Positions 1 to 12,185 of a DNA stretch of 64,000 nt are shown here, piece by piece. Numbering within the stretch: the first letter of the stretch is position 1; every line of letters begins with the position of its first letter. Source of the DNA: Camelus dromedarius (lineage: Eukaryota). The stretch covers positions 50,346,001 to 50,410,000 of the forward strand of contig NC_087447.1 in the NCBI RefSeq assembly GCF_036321535.1, given 5' to 3'. The notes beneath the pieces were generated by a model that had not been told where the DNA came from, searched no databases, and saw only the letters and a list, made by a program, of their open reading frames with translations. The translations under genes were made by a program, and so were the position numbers.

Positions 1-993
1 TTTTCAAAACCTGTGTTTCTCTTTTCAGTACTTTTTTGATACCTAAATATTTGTGTCATGTTATGACCAAAGATTAGGGAAAAGACTCCCTTTGGATTTC
101 TTGGAATAAAATTCACTGAAGGTGTATATTGTTTGAGAAGTAGATGGTTGAGGGAGCATGATAGTTATTCATAAATCTCTCAAAGAAAAGTATTTATTTT
201 TTATAAGCTTATATGGCCTTCTAAAGCACTTTGCTTATCTTTACTTATAAAATTTGATTTACTTGAAACCTGAGTAATGGAAAAGCTAGAGATCTATTCC
301 TTTTTCAACCAGTAGACAATAAGAGAACTTTTCTGGGAAACTGAGGCTCAGCATTTAATCCTGTGTAGCTAGGCTACTCTTTATTTTACATGTACTTTAA
401 CTACTTTTCTAAGACTATCAAAGGAAGCAATGTCAGCTTTGGTTGAGAAATGCTCTAGAATTTTTGTAGAAGATAATAATTTACCTATAAATTAATAATT
501 TGCCATTAGAATCAGTTCCCTCAGAATGGTGGCCAAATAGTTTATATATCTAAACAAATAAATTTTGTGATTAGAAGCAAATTCAAATTGCCTTTAACTG
601 TAACAGTTGCTTTGCTCTGTGATCTATAACCTATGTTTTCATTCTTGAATTTTGGGAAATGAATGACTTAATAGAGCCTGAAAAGGTTTAGAATCTTATA
701 TATGGGTGAAATAAAAAATAATTGTGACATGGTGACATTTTTATTCCATGTACCCAAGTGAAGTTAACTCCTAGAGTCCAAATTTTGAAGTGGAATGGTT
801 CAGTTTGAATTTTCCTTCCATTTCACTTGTTTTAGTGTCTATGATTTTGACCCTTGCCAGAAGTTGTCTACCACATGTTCCATGTTGCTTCTCATAGTTG
901 TCTAAATCAGCATTCATCTGCGATTTCCTCAAAGATAACTTAGGTCCTAAGCAAGTTTACTTTGTGCAGGTGTGTTAATTAGGAATTTCATCT

Positions 994-1162
994 GGACGGG
1001 AATGGTATAGCTCAGTGGTAGAGCACATGCCTAGCATGCATGAGGTCCTGGGTTCAATCCCCAGTACCTTCTCTAAAATAAATAAATAAATAAACCCAAC
1101 CCCCCCCCAAATGTTTTTAAACAATTTAAATTTTTTAAAAGATTTTTTTAAATAATAAAATA
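994..1162 (+). mobile_element. tRNA-Ala-derived SINE, vic-1-like (camelid)
   Basis: Pol III A box (TAGCTCAGTGG) and B box (GGTTCAATCC), (AAAT)n tail, and an imperfect 13-bp TSD (aggaatttcatct at 981-993, aggaacttcattt at 1163-1175). Confidence 0.85.
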
Positions 1163-1175
1163 AGGAACTTCATTT

Positions 1176-1500
1176 GGTTGCTAATGAAAAGAAACCTGAA
1201 GAACAGTGACTTAAACAAATTAGGGTTTTATTTTTTATTGTGTTAAATATTTGAGGAAGGGAATCCTGGCCTGCTTTTGTGGCTCAAAAATTCCATTGGG
1301 AATCTAGGTACCTTGTCTTTCTGTTCTGCCATCAGTAGCTTATGGCTACCATTCTACTCTATATCCTACATATTGTGAAATGACTCCTGAAGTCATTCTA
1401 GGCAAGGAAAAACAGGGGCAAAGGCTCTTGTCAGAATCATAGCTGTTGTAATCTGGCATGTACCAGTTAAAATGTTGTATGTGGCCTGCTATAATTTTTT
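1176..1500. mobile_element. Old MaLR (MLT1-like) LTR fragment next to the SINE
   Basis: The motif 'tggttgc..aaagaaacct..agtgacttaaacaaa..agggttttatt' is typical of MLT1J/L-type LTRs (recalled). Confidence 0.5.
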
Positions 1501-1664
1501 CATAGAGTAAATTTGTCTTTGATAAACAGTGTTGTGCCCAAAGCATAATACATGTACAGAATGTGATTTTCCATGTCAGGAAAATACTTGTTTATGACCT
1601 AGAAGTTAAGCATTTTTAAAATGCTCTAAAATTTATACTGGGTGTATTTCTGCTTTTCTTCTAG

Positions 1665-1863
1665 GTCCTTATTAAACCCAAACCAGTGACATTTCAAGCC
1701 ACAGTTGTTAGTGAACAAACAAGGCAGCTGGTCACAGAAACATTACAGCAAGCATCCAGGGTGGCAGAGGCTGGTAATTCATCTATTCAGGAGGGAAAAG
1801 AAGAACCACAGAGTTACACAGATAGTAGTTCCTCTTCTACAGAGTCCTCCCAAAGTTCCCAAG
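1665..1863 (+). CDS. EMSY: EMSY internal coding exon (VLIKPKPVTFQATVVSEQTRQLVTETLQQASRVAEAGNSS...SSQSSQ), phase 0 in / phase 1 out
   Basis: Polypyrimidine tract plus ctag acceptor ending at 1664 and a G|gtaag donor at 1864. The 199 nt are open and the peptide matches recalled mammalian EMSY. Upstream exons lie outside the window. Confidence 0.95.
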
Positions 1864-2798
1864 GTAAGATCCACTTTACTTCTGATTTATATAATTACTG
1901 CTAACATAGTGCCAAAATAGTTGCATCTAGGGATCTCAAACAAACATGTATGCTTTGATTTGTCAGTTCTTTTGATTTTATTGTCTTTCGTTTGGTATGT
2001 AATCAGTGAGCTGAAGTTTTGTTTTTCGTAAGGCTTACCATCCTTTCCTGTCTGGCATATGTTCATCAAATAATTGGTAAACTTTAGATGATGATTTTGG
2101 CAGGTAGGTATTATCAAACTGGATAGAGCTGTGAGTCCTTCTGTTTGCTTTGAGTAAACAGGAGAAGTATGTAAGAAGGTGAATATACCTTTTGAAATGG
2201 TTGTTGCTGAACCTTGAGAAAGGATCGATGTGACCAGAGGTGAGGCTATTAGTGGGCTGTAAGTAGGGTGACCATACATTGCAGTTTGCAAGGGACAAGT
2301 CCTAGTCTTTTCTGTTCTAGAGTAATTATTAATAGCATTCTCATTCACTCAGTTTAGATGATAATTGTATGGTTGTTCTAATTATAAGGAAGGTACTATA
2401 AGGCCAGACTCCGTACTAGGGGAAAACTCTTTATCCTTAGTGCTGTTTTAATCATGTTCTTCTAGGAAGTCTTTGAAGTAAACTCATGATCATAAGCTTT
2501 GAGATCTTCTACAAATCTAGTACCCTTGTCTATCTGTTATCTTAACCACCCATATTGACAGGTGGTGTATTTATGCCTTTGCTTATGTTCTCTGGTGCAT
2601 CCAAGTGAAGCTGTTTATCTTCTCTTGATCATTCCTTACTCATTCCATTTCCTCTTCTCATCTCCCCATTATTCTCTATGGAATGCTTTCTTAGCACCTT
2701 CACCTTTCTCATACAGATTCTTCATATTGTGCAGACATCTTATTATTTTAACTCTTCAGTGGACTCTTCCCAGATAAGTCTTACTGATGGTTCAAACT

Positions 2799-2842
2799 GC
2801 TGATTATTCCATTAATTCAAGCTGATTATTCCATTAATTCAG
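2799..2842. repeat. 22-bp tandem duplication
   Basis: gctgattattccattaattca(a/g) occurs twice. Confidence 0.9.
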
Positions 2843-4039
2843 TTTGACAATTATTGATTAGTTTATACGATGTACTAAACACTTTACTAGACCCTACAAA
2901 GTTTAAATAAAATACAGTTCTTGTATTCTAGGAGCTTAAAATTTAGAATACGGTATTAAAAAAATACACATACAACTCCAGTATAAGAATTTTATTAGTA
3001 ACAAGCAAAAAAAAAAAAAAAAAAAGCAGGGCTGAAAGTTTACACTCCAGTGGAGACCACAAGAAAGCTTCATTTGAAATGGTCTTTAAAAACTCATCAA
3101 TTAAAAGTAAATTAGAATGTTGATTTTAACAGTGTGGCACTCATTTTACAAAATGGATAGTTTTGTTATCAATAATAGTAATATTTTATGAATCCGTTTG
3201 CTAAGATTTACTTTATTCTGTATTGATTTTGAATCAGTTTATGTCTTGTTACAGTGGAGTGATGCTTATTTTCTAATTATTTCTTTTGGACTTACTGATT
3301 TTATATGTATATATTTCATTCTTGGTTCAACGTATCAGCTGCTTTTTCTGCTTTTATTTTTAAGTCTGCAGTTATTTGAATAATACTAGACTTTTTTCCC
3401 CTTGAGAAATGTTTTCACAGAGCAGGTAAAACGTTTAACTTATGAGTTGGTGCTAAAATGGGTACCTGAACAGTAGATGTCTACATATACGTAATCTCAG
3501 GTATCTTTTGAAATTGCTAGTCTTTTCCTAAGGGACCTATAAGCCAATCATTACTTCCTTAACATGCCATTTCATTAGTCAGTGTTCAATTTTCATTCTA
3601 CGAATGGGACAAAAGTTTGACTGTTTCTAAAAATAATTGAGTGTAAGGTTTTCTGCTTTTTGATCTATTATATATGGCATCATTTATTTTTATTTTTGTT
3701 TTTTTATCTTTCATTGTATATTACTTCTTTTTAAAGTATTCCATAATACAGAAAAATTTCATGGTTCAAAATAGGCATATCTAATACAGTTGACTATAAA
3801 GCCATTTTTTATAATCCATATTTACTCCTCTCCCCATGTCTTTGTATAGCTCTTTAGTACATTCTCACAAAGGCAGGAGGTTGGGGATATGTATGTTGTA
3901 ATTTAAAGAGAAAGGGGTAAAAGTTTTGATCTGTCTAAAACTCATACTTAGTTTTCAAAGTACATGAGGATCATACCTACTAGGAACATAAGCACTATAT
4001 GGCAGTCCATTGTTCTTCTATATTGCTTTTGTAGTTTAG

Positions 4040-4960
4040 CCTCTCTCTTTTTAGTAACTTTTTCTTTTAATGTAATTTCAAACTTACAAAAAAGTTACAA
4101 GAAGAATAAAAAGAACTCTTGTGTATATTCTTTACCTAGATTCACCACTTGTTTATATTTTATCATTTGCTTTGTTATTGATTCTCCTTCTGTCCCCCCT
4201 TATTCTCTGTGTTTATAATTTTTAAATTTCTTAACCATTTGAGAGCAAGTTGTAGATATCATATCCTTTACCTCTAAATACTTACATTTGTAGGTTTATA
4301 TTTCTTAAGGGTTAGTCTCTTCATAACTAAAATATGGTTATCAAAATCAAGACATATGAAGTTACAGTTCTGTAATGTACAATCCAGTCAAATGTCATCA
4401 ACTGTCTAATCGTATTCTTTGTAGTTTTACCCCCCAGTCCACAATCCAAATCAGGATCATGTATTGCATTTAGTTGTACTTAATTGTCATGGTTCTTTAT
4501 TTCCCTTGGACTTGGATAATCCCTCAGCCTTTCTTTGTTTCTTGACCTTGATATTTTTTGAAGGAAATAGATCAGTTACTTTGTAGAATATTCTTCAGTT
4601 TGGTATTGTCTGATGTTTCCTTATCATTATTTTCAGCAGGAATTCCACAGATGTGATGTGTCATTAGCTTTATCTTATCAAGAGGCACTGATGTCAGTTT
4701 GTCCCAGTGTTGATGATGATAACGTTGACCTCTTGGTTAGTTAAGGTGATGTCTTCCTCTTTTTTTGCATTATGAAGTTACTGTATTTCCCTTTGAGATT
4801 AATAGTAATTTGTGGGGAGATACTTTGAGACTATATAAATATCATGTTTGTAATCAAACATTTATCTGCTAGTTTTAGCATCCATATTTCCTCATCCACT
4901 GATGATTTTCTGAAGTTCATTATTCATTATATAGTTGATAGTTGGCACTCTACTGTAAGA
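4040..4960 (-). mobile_element. Old L1 (L1MC-type) 3' region fragment
   Basis: 'aatttcaaacttacaaaaaagttacaag' and 'caggatcatgtattgcatttagttg' are L1MC-like motifs (recalled). Confidence 0.7.
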
Positions 4961-6369
4961 CAGAATCAACTTTTCCTTGACTTCATATCCTTTTTCTCGT
5001 GACTTCTTTACACAAGTCTTAGAATAAGGATGTCTTTTATGCCAAAGATTTCTTGATTCTGCTTATGGCTTCTAAACTTTCCCCACCATTCCTTACCCCC
5101 AAGGAGGAGAAGTTTAGGCCTTATAAATTATTTCTGAACTGTCTCCTCACATGCTAGAATAGAGACCTTCATCTTTACCTTGTTCTGGCACTTTTCTTGA
5201 TCACTCTGGGAAGGTTTATCACTCCTTGTATACTATGCTTCTAAAATTGCTTGTACTACCAGCTATTTTATCATTGAGCATTTTATTTTGTACTTTGTTG
5301 TTGTTGTTTATATAATATAAACAATATAATCTTCTTTTCCACTAGGCTACTAGCTTCTCAAGGACAAGGATCATATTCATCTCTATGTATTCAACGGTTA
5401 GCAAGAGGTTAGCTGGCTCTAAGTAGGCACCCAGTAAAAGTTTCACTGAATGAACAAACAGAAAAGCAATAATCTTAACTATGGCACAGATTTAAGCTTC
5501 AGCCTTATAAACTCAATTTGGTTGCCTGAGTCCAAAACATTTTGTCCTTTCTAGGGTTTCCCTTAACCTTGTGGGTGTACCTTTTAAGTACTCCTGAAAT
5601 ATTTTTACATATTGATAGATAGCTAGATGACCAGCCCTAATGGACTGAGGCCATACTTGCCGAGGTCACTTACTGAAGATTGGGCCATATACCTTCCTCA
5701 GCTCCTGACCTTTCCTTCCTAACTGGATCTTCTTTTTTTTCCCTTTCTCACTTGGGAATAGGATTTTGGGGCTTATTGGGTCCAGATTTTTTAAAAAGAA
5801 AGAAAAATATTAGTTTTCTTTGTATTCTCTTTATTGCCAAAAGGTTTTAAGGTAGACTAGAATACGAGATTATGTGAAGTAAAATGGAGAGAAAAAGTAG
5901 ACAAAACCAAGGATAGGGATTTAACATAGAACAAGTCATGAGGCAAATACAAAAATGCATCCTATAAAGACATTTACTTTAAGTAAGGTACAGTGTGGTT
6001 TCTAGGGTGACTTTTCTAGAAGCTTCATGATCTTAGTCACTCATGGTGAGGGTGATGAATAAATCTAGGTTAAGCAAAACATACTTATTGCAGAATTTTT
6101 CAGAGCCCTTGTGTGCTAATAAATGTTATAAAAGATGAAGGGTGGAATATGTAATATAAAATGCTCCCCAACTTTTGACCACAGGACCGTTCTTTTGCAG
6201 AACATCTTGAGGAACTAATGTTCTCTGGAACATTTCTAGCAAAGCTGTATAAACCATTAAACACTGTGAAGGCCTTGTGCTTTATGACAGTACTTCAGAG
6301 GGAAGGTACATATTACATCATAGAAGGGATATAAACTTCTTGGGTTTAGTTTAGAGGAGATGGTTTAGA

Positions 6370-6790
6370 TGCTGAGGCATCTGGGAATCATTTTATATGA
6401 AGAATGGTTGGTGGAGACAGGACATTAATCATGGAGAAGAGACCATGAAGATTGGGTTGGGTTGTGGGGAACATCAGAGCTGTTGTCAGTTATCTTGAGG
6501 ATTGTGACATGGAAGAAAGAAAAGAATTAGTCTTTGTAGATACGTGGACAGAACTGCATTCATTGAGTAGAAGTCAGAAGAAGACCTGTTTCCACTCCAT
6601 GTAAGAAAATTTTCTAATTGTCATAACTGCAAAGGTGGAAGGAAACTGTCTTGGAAAGTAGTGAGTTCTCTGGTGCTGGAGTTCCTGGACTGGTGGAGAT
6701 ATTTTGAAGATTTTAGCATAGGATTGATGATGGCAGTAAACATACTTTTAGATTTTTTTCTAGCTGGAAGGTCTTACGATTCTATAAAAG
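6370..6790 (+). mobile_element. Ancient CR1/L3-like LINE fragment
   Basis: Ends in 'ggaagtagtgagttctctggtgctggag...aggtcttacgattcta', similar to the L3/CR1 3' end. A similar remnant lies at about 11670-12050. Confidence 0.5.
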
Positions 6791-9118
6791 TGTGATACAG
6801 GCTTTTTATAGTAAAGACGTAGGAGACATTCTTCCATAAAGATGCCTGAATCTGCCTTTGGATATGGCAGGACAGTGTGTATCTCTAGTACCTAACATGT
6901 AATAGATGTCCAGTAAATATTTATTAAATGATCTGTGGGGAAAGATTTCTGAAGGTCAACAGGCTGTCATCCTCAAGAGAGCTAGGGAAGTCTAGATGGA
7001 TGTACACTGCAAAATCAAATGGTGCTGTGAGATCAGGCTTCTGGTATCTCAGCCATTGCACTCTGACCCTAGCACCAGACTTGGTAGGCAGTAGATTTAT
7101 CTAGTCTAAGCACAAGCCAAAAGTAGAGAGGGAAATCACTCAGGGAATGTTTTTCACACTCTCATTCTGCATCACAGCTGTCAGGGTTGCTGCATTGATA
7201 CTTCACAGTGGTCAGCTACTCAGAGTATGAGCAGAAAGAGAAAGAGTAATCTCCCCAGTCCCTTTGGGATGATGTTATTTGAAGTGATGCCTCTGATAGG
7301 TGCTCCATGTGAAAAGTCTTGTTCTACCTTATCTGTCTACCAATGCAGTTTTTGCTTTCTTCTGGATATTCAGAGTTGGGTTGCAAAGCCATAGGTCCTC
7401 TCACCTAACCAAGGGGTACTTATAGCATCACGACAAATTCTTAAAGTTGAGAACTTAGGTTATATAAAAAGAATGATTCCCTAATATAATGTTCTCTTAA
7501 ATTTAAATTCTATACATCTACTTAGAATAAGTAAAGAAAAACTGTTATATGCCTCACATGGCATTTGGCATTGTAGGATAGTGTCCTTCAATCATCTAGA
7601 TTTTTTGGACGTTTAATAGAAATTATACATGGTGTGGCATATATTCTACCCAGTGTTTGAGGGTAGGGGAAGGGAGCAGAAATATAATATGTTAACGGTA
7701 ATAAATTCCAGATATCTTGTATATTGATTTTGTTTTCTTTGGGAAGACAGTTTTTCAGTTTTGTTTTTGTTTTTTTTTGAAGAGTCATTCCCCCTCGTTC
7801 CCCCTGCTTTAACCTTTTTGGACAACTTTGTGGTTTTTCAAAAATACAAAGTTCATAGAAGGTTGAACTTACGTTGTATTTATTCTAGTTTTTTGTGCTG
7901 CATGAATTCTTTTCTGTGATGATGCTTTCACTGACCATTTCGAGTCAAAGCACTCTTTTTCTTTCTTTATATTTGTCTTAGTTGCCCTAATCATTTTGAT
8001 TTTACCCCAAAATACAAAGCTATATGTATATCTTTATTATATATCTCCTCCATTATAATCTAAACTTGGGAGCAAGAATCATGCTTTTATATCCTATATA
8101 ATTTCCTATGTGGTGGACCAAGGAGTTTAGAAACTTAATAGTAGTCTAGTATAACTTGCTTATTCTGTAGGTGAAAAAGTCAGTAAATAATTTGTTGTTT
8201 GATTTGATGTGTGTTTAATATCTACATGCATACCTGTATAGCATGAATATAAATAAGCCTTGAGTTAAGGCTGTAACTTATTTTGAAACTAACAAAAAGT
8301 CTTAGAATTGAGAACTTTCAGGCGACAACCAGTACAACAAAAACAAAAATAACATTTCTGTTGTCCTTCATGGTTTATAGAGTTCTTTTACATATATCGT
8401 TTCATCTCCTCAGAAATCCTGTGAGGTAGAGAGGTAATCTTATTGCTGCCATTTTAGAAATAATGATACTAAGACCCAAAGAATCAACTTGCTGATAATT
8501 GATAGAGCTGACTGTAACCTAAGACCGAATTCCAAATGTTGTATGTGTCCTATTATATCATGCTGCTTCTAGATCATCTATCCGTTTTTGTTTTCAGTGG
8601 ACAGGATTTCCTTTCCGCGATTCACCATCCAATAAGTATTGACTAAATGCTCAGCTTGTAATACAAAACACATTTTCAGGTGCATTGGGGAAAATAAGAC
8701 TCCTACAGCATTTTGTTCTTACTATACACAAACATGCACTCATCTACACAAATGCACACTTATTTATTATAGCATTTATAACATTGTATTGTAATTTGTC
8801 TCTTTACATGTCTGTCTTCCCAACCAGATTGTGTGCTTCTTAAGCATCCTTGATTATTCCGTGAGCTCCTTTATATCCTCAGTGCCAAATATAGCCTCTG
8901 GCACATAGGTACCCAGTCTGTTGAATCAATGAATGAATGAATGAATGAGTGAATACAAACTTGAAAGACATTATCCCCTCTGGGGGCTTACAGTCTTCTT
9001 GGGGAGATAAAGCATGAAGTTTATAGTAAATACAAAGATTTTTTAAAAAACAAATTGTTTTTTTTTTTAAGAGAAACTTTGTTTATAGGGTTTTTTTTTT
9101 TTAACTAATGTAAAACAG

Positions 9119-9283
9119 ATTCCCAGCCTGTAGTTCATGTAATTGCTTCCCGGCGTCAGGATTGGTCAGAACATGAGATTGCAATGGAGACTAGCCCCAC
9201 CATAATTTATCAGGATGTATCCAGTGAATCACAATCAGCTACTTCAACAATCAAAGCTCTGTTAGAACTCCAACAGACAACAG
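9119..9283 (+). CDS. EMSY: EMSY coding exon (DSQPVVHVIASRRQDWSEHEIAMETSPTIIYQDVSSESQSATSTIKALLELQQTT)
   Basis: T-tract, ctaat branch-like site and aaacag acceptor; G|gtatg donor. 165 nt, phase 1-1, in frame with its neighbours. Confidence 0.95.
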
Positions 9284-10952
9284 GTATGAATTCACATGCT
9301 CAACTGAATGAAGCATGTTTTCTCTAGAGATGGGTGTGCTAAAATACTACTATTGTTATATTTTCTTTGTTATTATTTGAGCACATTTCCCCCCTCTGGA
9401 CTTTTCTATAATCATTGGTGCAGTCTGTTTACTTGTCAGTTCATTAAGATGTGCACAGGAGTGCTAAAGGATAGATTATAGTCAGTAGAAAGGAGAAAAA
9501 AAGTGGCAGAACTCTTTCTTCTCTTTCTCCTGCTTCAAATGGACAATCCTGTTGCCTCTTGTCAGCAGAAGGGGGTAGATCTATCAATTCTAAGCACAAG
9601 GATAGATGCAGTACAGTTGCCAGTGCTATTCAAGACTAGTAGGAGACAGATTGAAGGGCCCCTGCCATCCTCCTTGATATTGGTGGGGCAGTTTTGTGGT
9701 CATAAAACACCGTAAATGGCTTTGTTAGCATTCTAATTTGTTTTAATTTTATCGTCATACTTCTTTGTGTCGTTTAACAACTTGAGCTTCCATGCAGAGC
9801 TGTCCTCATTTAACAAGATCGAATCAGTATTTCTAGTTACTAAATATCTTAATAAACTCTAGACAAAACCTATGTTAGTTATACTGACTTCTCTGTTGTA
9901 TTAGGTCAAAGATTGCCAGAGTATTTTAGGGACTTAGTAGTGATCTCATCCAACCCTTTTATTTTATGGATAAATAAACTAAGACCTAGAGAGGTTGCCC
10001 AGTGAGAGTCCTCATCTTTTGATTCCTAGTTCAGTGCCCTCTCTACTTGTGGGGTGACTTTTGTATTCTTTTGGTTTTGTTTTTCATTCTTTGTTTAAAT
10101 GATTATCTTGATTTTTTTACATTATATGTTTGGTGAGAATAATCTGAATGATCATTCAGTGGACTTAATTATTGGTACTGTTTGTTGTAACATCCACTCT
10201 ACACTACCCATAGAATTAGCATTTGATGTAAGTCTTTGGTTAATCTTTCTATTGGTGTTATTTTTGGCCCTAGGGATTTCCTCAGCTCCTTGTCTTTGAC
10301 ATAGTCAGCTATTTCCATTAATGCCTTATAGAGGGAAAAACTGATAAGATAGACAGTAATTCTGTTCATGAAAACCATTCTTGATTCCAGACCATTCCAC
10401 AGATGTTTTTGCAGGAACAGAGAAGCCATTTTTTCCTAACACTGAAAATGTTTATTCTTTTAAGAATCTTTGAAAATATTGTAACATTTCTTTGGAGATT
10501 ATCTTGAATGTTTAATAGATCAAATTAAACTGGTTGCTATGTTGTGCTGTTCGGGGTAGGTGTGCCCTAGAGCAAATCATGCTGTGTACTGCTTACTCAC
10601 CCTTTGTTTTCAGGCTGGTAAACTCAAGAATACCAGGGAGTACCTTGAAGAAGGGTAAAGGAAATGTTCTAAGGGGAGTATGTCAAGGGAAATAGACTCA
10701 ATTGTTTGGCCTAGTGATAATAGGGGGGATTTTACTCGGATTACATATGAGTTCTTACTAGGCTGCTGGGTATGGTTGCACACGTTGTGCACTCTACAGC
10801 CATACATAGCAGTCTGCTCTTTTCAACTCACTGACTCCTTATTCACTGCCCATGTGGCACCCCAGAGGTCTTGTTCGTTAATCCCATGGACAACTCTGGT
10901 TTTAGTACTTGTTTGTAATAAAGTTAATTTTTCCCCTGACTTTTTTGTACAG

Positions 10953-11108
10953 TAAAGGAAAAATTGGAATGTAAACCAAGACAACCCACTATTGACTTGA
11001 GTCAAATGGCAGTGCCTATTCAGATGACCCAGGAAAAGAGACATTCTCCTGAGAGTCCATCAATTGCTGTGGTAGAGTCAGAACTAGTTGCTGAATACAT
11101 CACTACTG
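10953..11108 (+). CDS. EMSY: EMSY coding exon (VKEKLECKPRQPTIDLSQMAVPIQMTQEKRHSPESPSIAVVESELVAEYITT)
   Basis: ctgac branch site with ttttttgtacag acceptor; G|gtagg donor. 156 nt, phase 1-1. Confidence 0.95.
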
Positions 11109-12143
11109 GTAGGTGTCCTCTTAAAAAGTAGTATTAAGGTAGGAGAGCTACCTTTCTGGATTTCATGGGATGGTTGTTTGGGGGAGAATATATTTTCTGT
11201 ATTTTTAGGTCTCTTCTAGTTTGCTCTTGAGAGCAAATTCACGTTGTCCTTGGGATTTACCCTGTCTTTAATGACTAGGGGAAAAAAAATCAATAGGGTT
11301 CTTACAAAGTTTGTGAGTAATATAAAACTGCAAGTTGGCCATATATAACATCTGTGAACATAGGGCAGCAGCGGTAGTGAGAGGATAGAATATCTTTTAT
11401 ATAAAAATAAATATTTCTAGGCATCTGAATTTTTTAATTTTGGGAAGGAGGAGGTAGGTCAAGGGAGAAAGAAGGTATAAAAATCAACCTTTTTTTTTTT
11501 TTAATGTAAAGAAAAAAAACTTTGGAAAACTTTAAATCCCTGTAAATACTTAGGAGTTCTGGTGGAAAGCAAATTAGGTATTTGTTTAAAATGTGGTCTG
11601 GCAGCAAAACGTTAATGAGATTTTTGGATGGCGTATATAGAGAAGTGGAGTAGGAAGGATAATAGATTCTTTCTCTCATATTCTGGTGAGACCACACCTG
11701 GAATACTGCTTTCTGTTTTGAACACTTCATTACCTCAAGATTTGAAATAGTTCAGAGAGTACTAATGTGAATAATTAGGGGTTAGGAGAGATCACTTATG
11801 AGTCAATATGTAAAAAACACCTGTCTTGAGTTTTCTTAAGCAGTGATTAAAAGAGAACACAAAGTTACAAATATCTGAAGGCTGTAAATACCGAAGCGGA
11901 AAAGGAGTTCTTTGGCATCATTTTAGGCAATATTATTAAGACTAATCGGTTAAAATTGCTGAAAGGGGAAATCCAATTAAAGATTATGGAAAATCACCTA
12001 GCATCTTTCTTTAGAGATATTTAACAAAAGGCAGAGGGCAAGATATTGGGGAAATCAATAATAACCTCTGGGGATAGACTAGATTATCAAACAGTAAATA
12101 GATGAAAAGACGTATGATTTCTTCCCTTACTTATCCTTTGCAG

Positions 12144-12185
12144 AACGCACTGATGAGGGGACAGAGGTTGCTTTTCCCCTTCTAG
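12144..12185 (+). CDS. EMSY: EMSY 42-nt symmetric small exon (ERTDEGTEVAFPLL)
   Basis: cttatcctttgcag acceptor and a consensus G|gtaagt donor. 14 codons, phase 1-1; the peptide matches recalled human EMSY. Confidence 0.9.
   Translation, partial: NALMRGQRLLFPF

Noticed and set aside
994..1075. Possible tRNA-Ala gene
   Set aside because: The acceptor stem is broken, it has an (AAAT)n tail and a TSD, and a second related copy exists, so it is a SINE.
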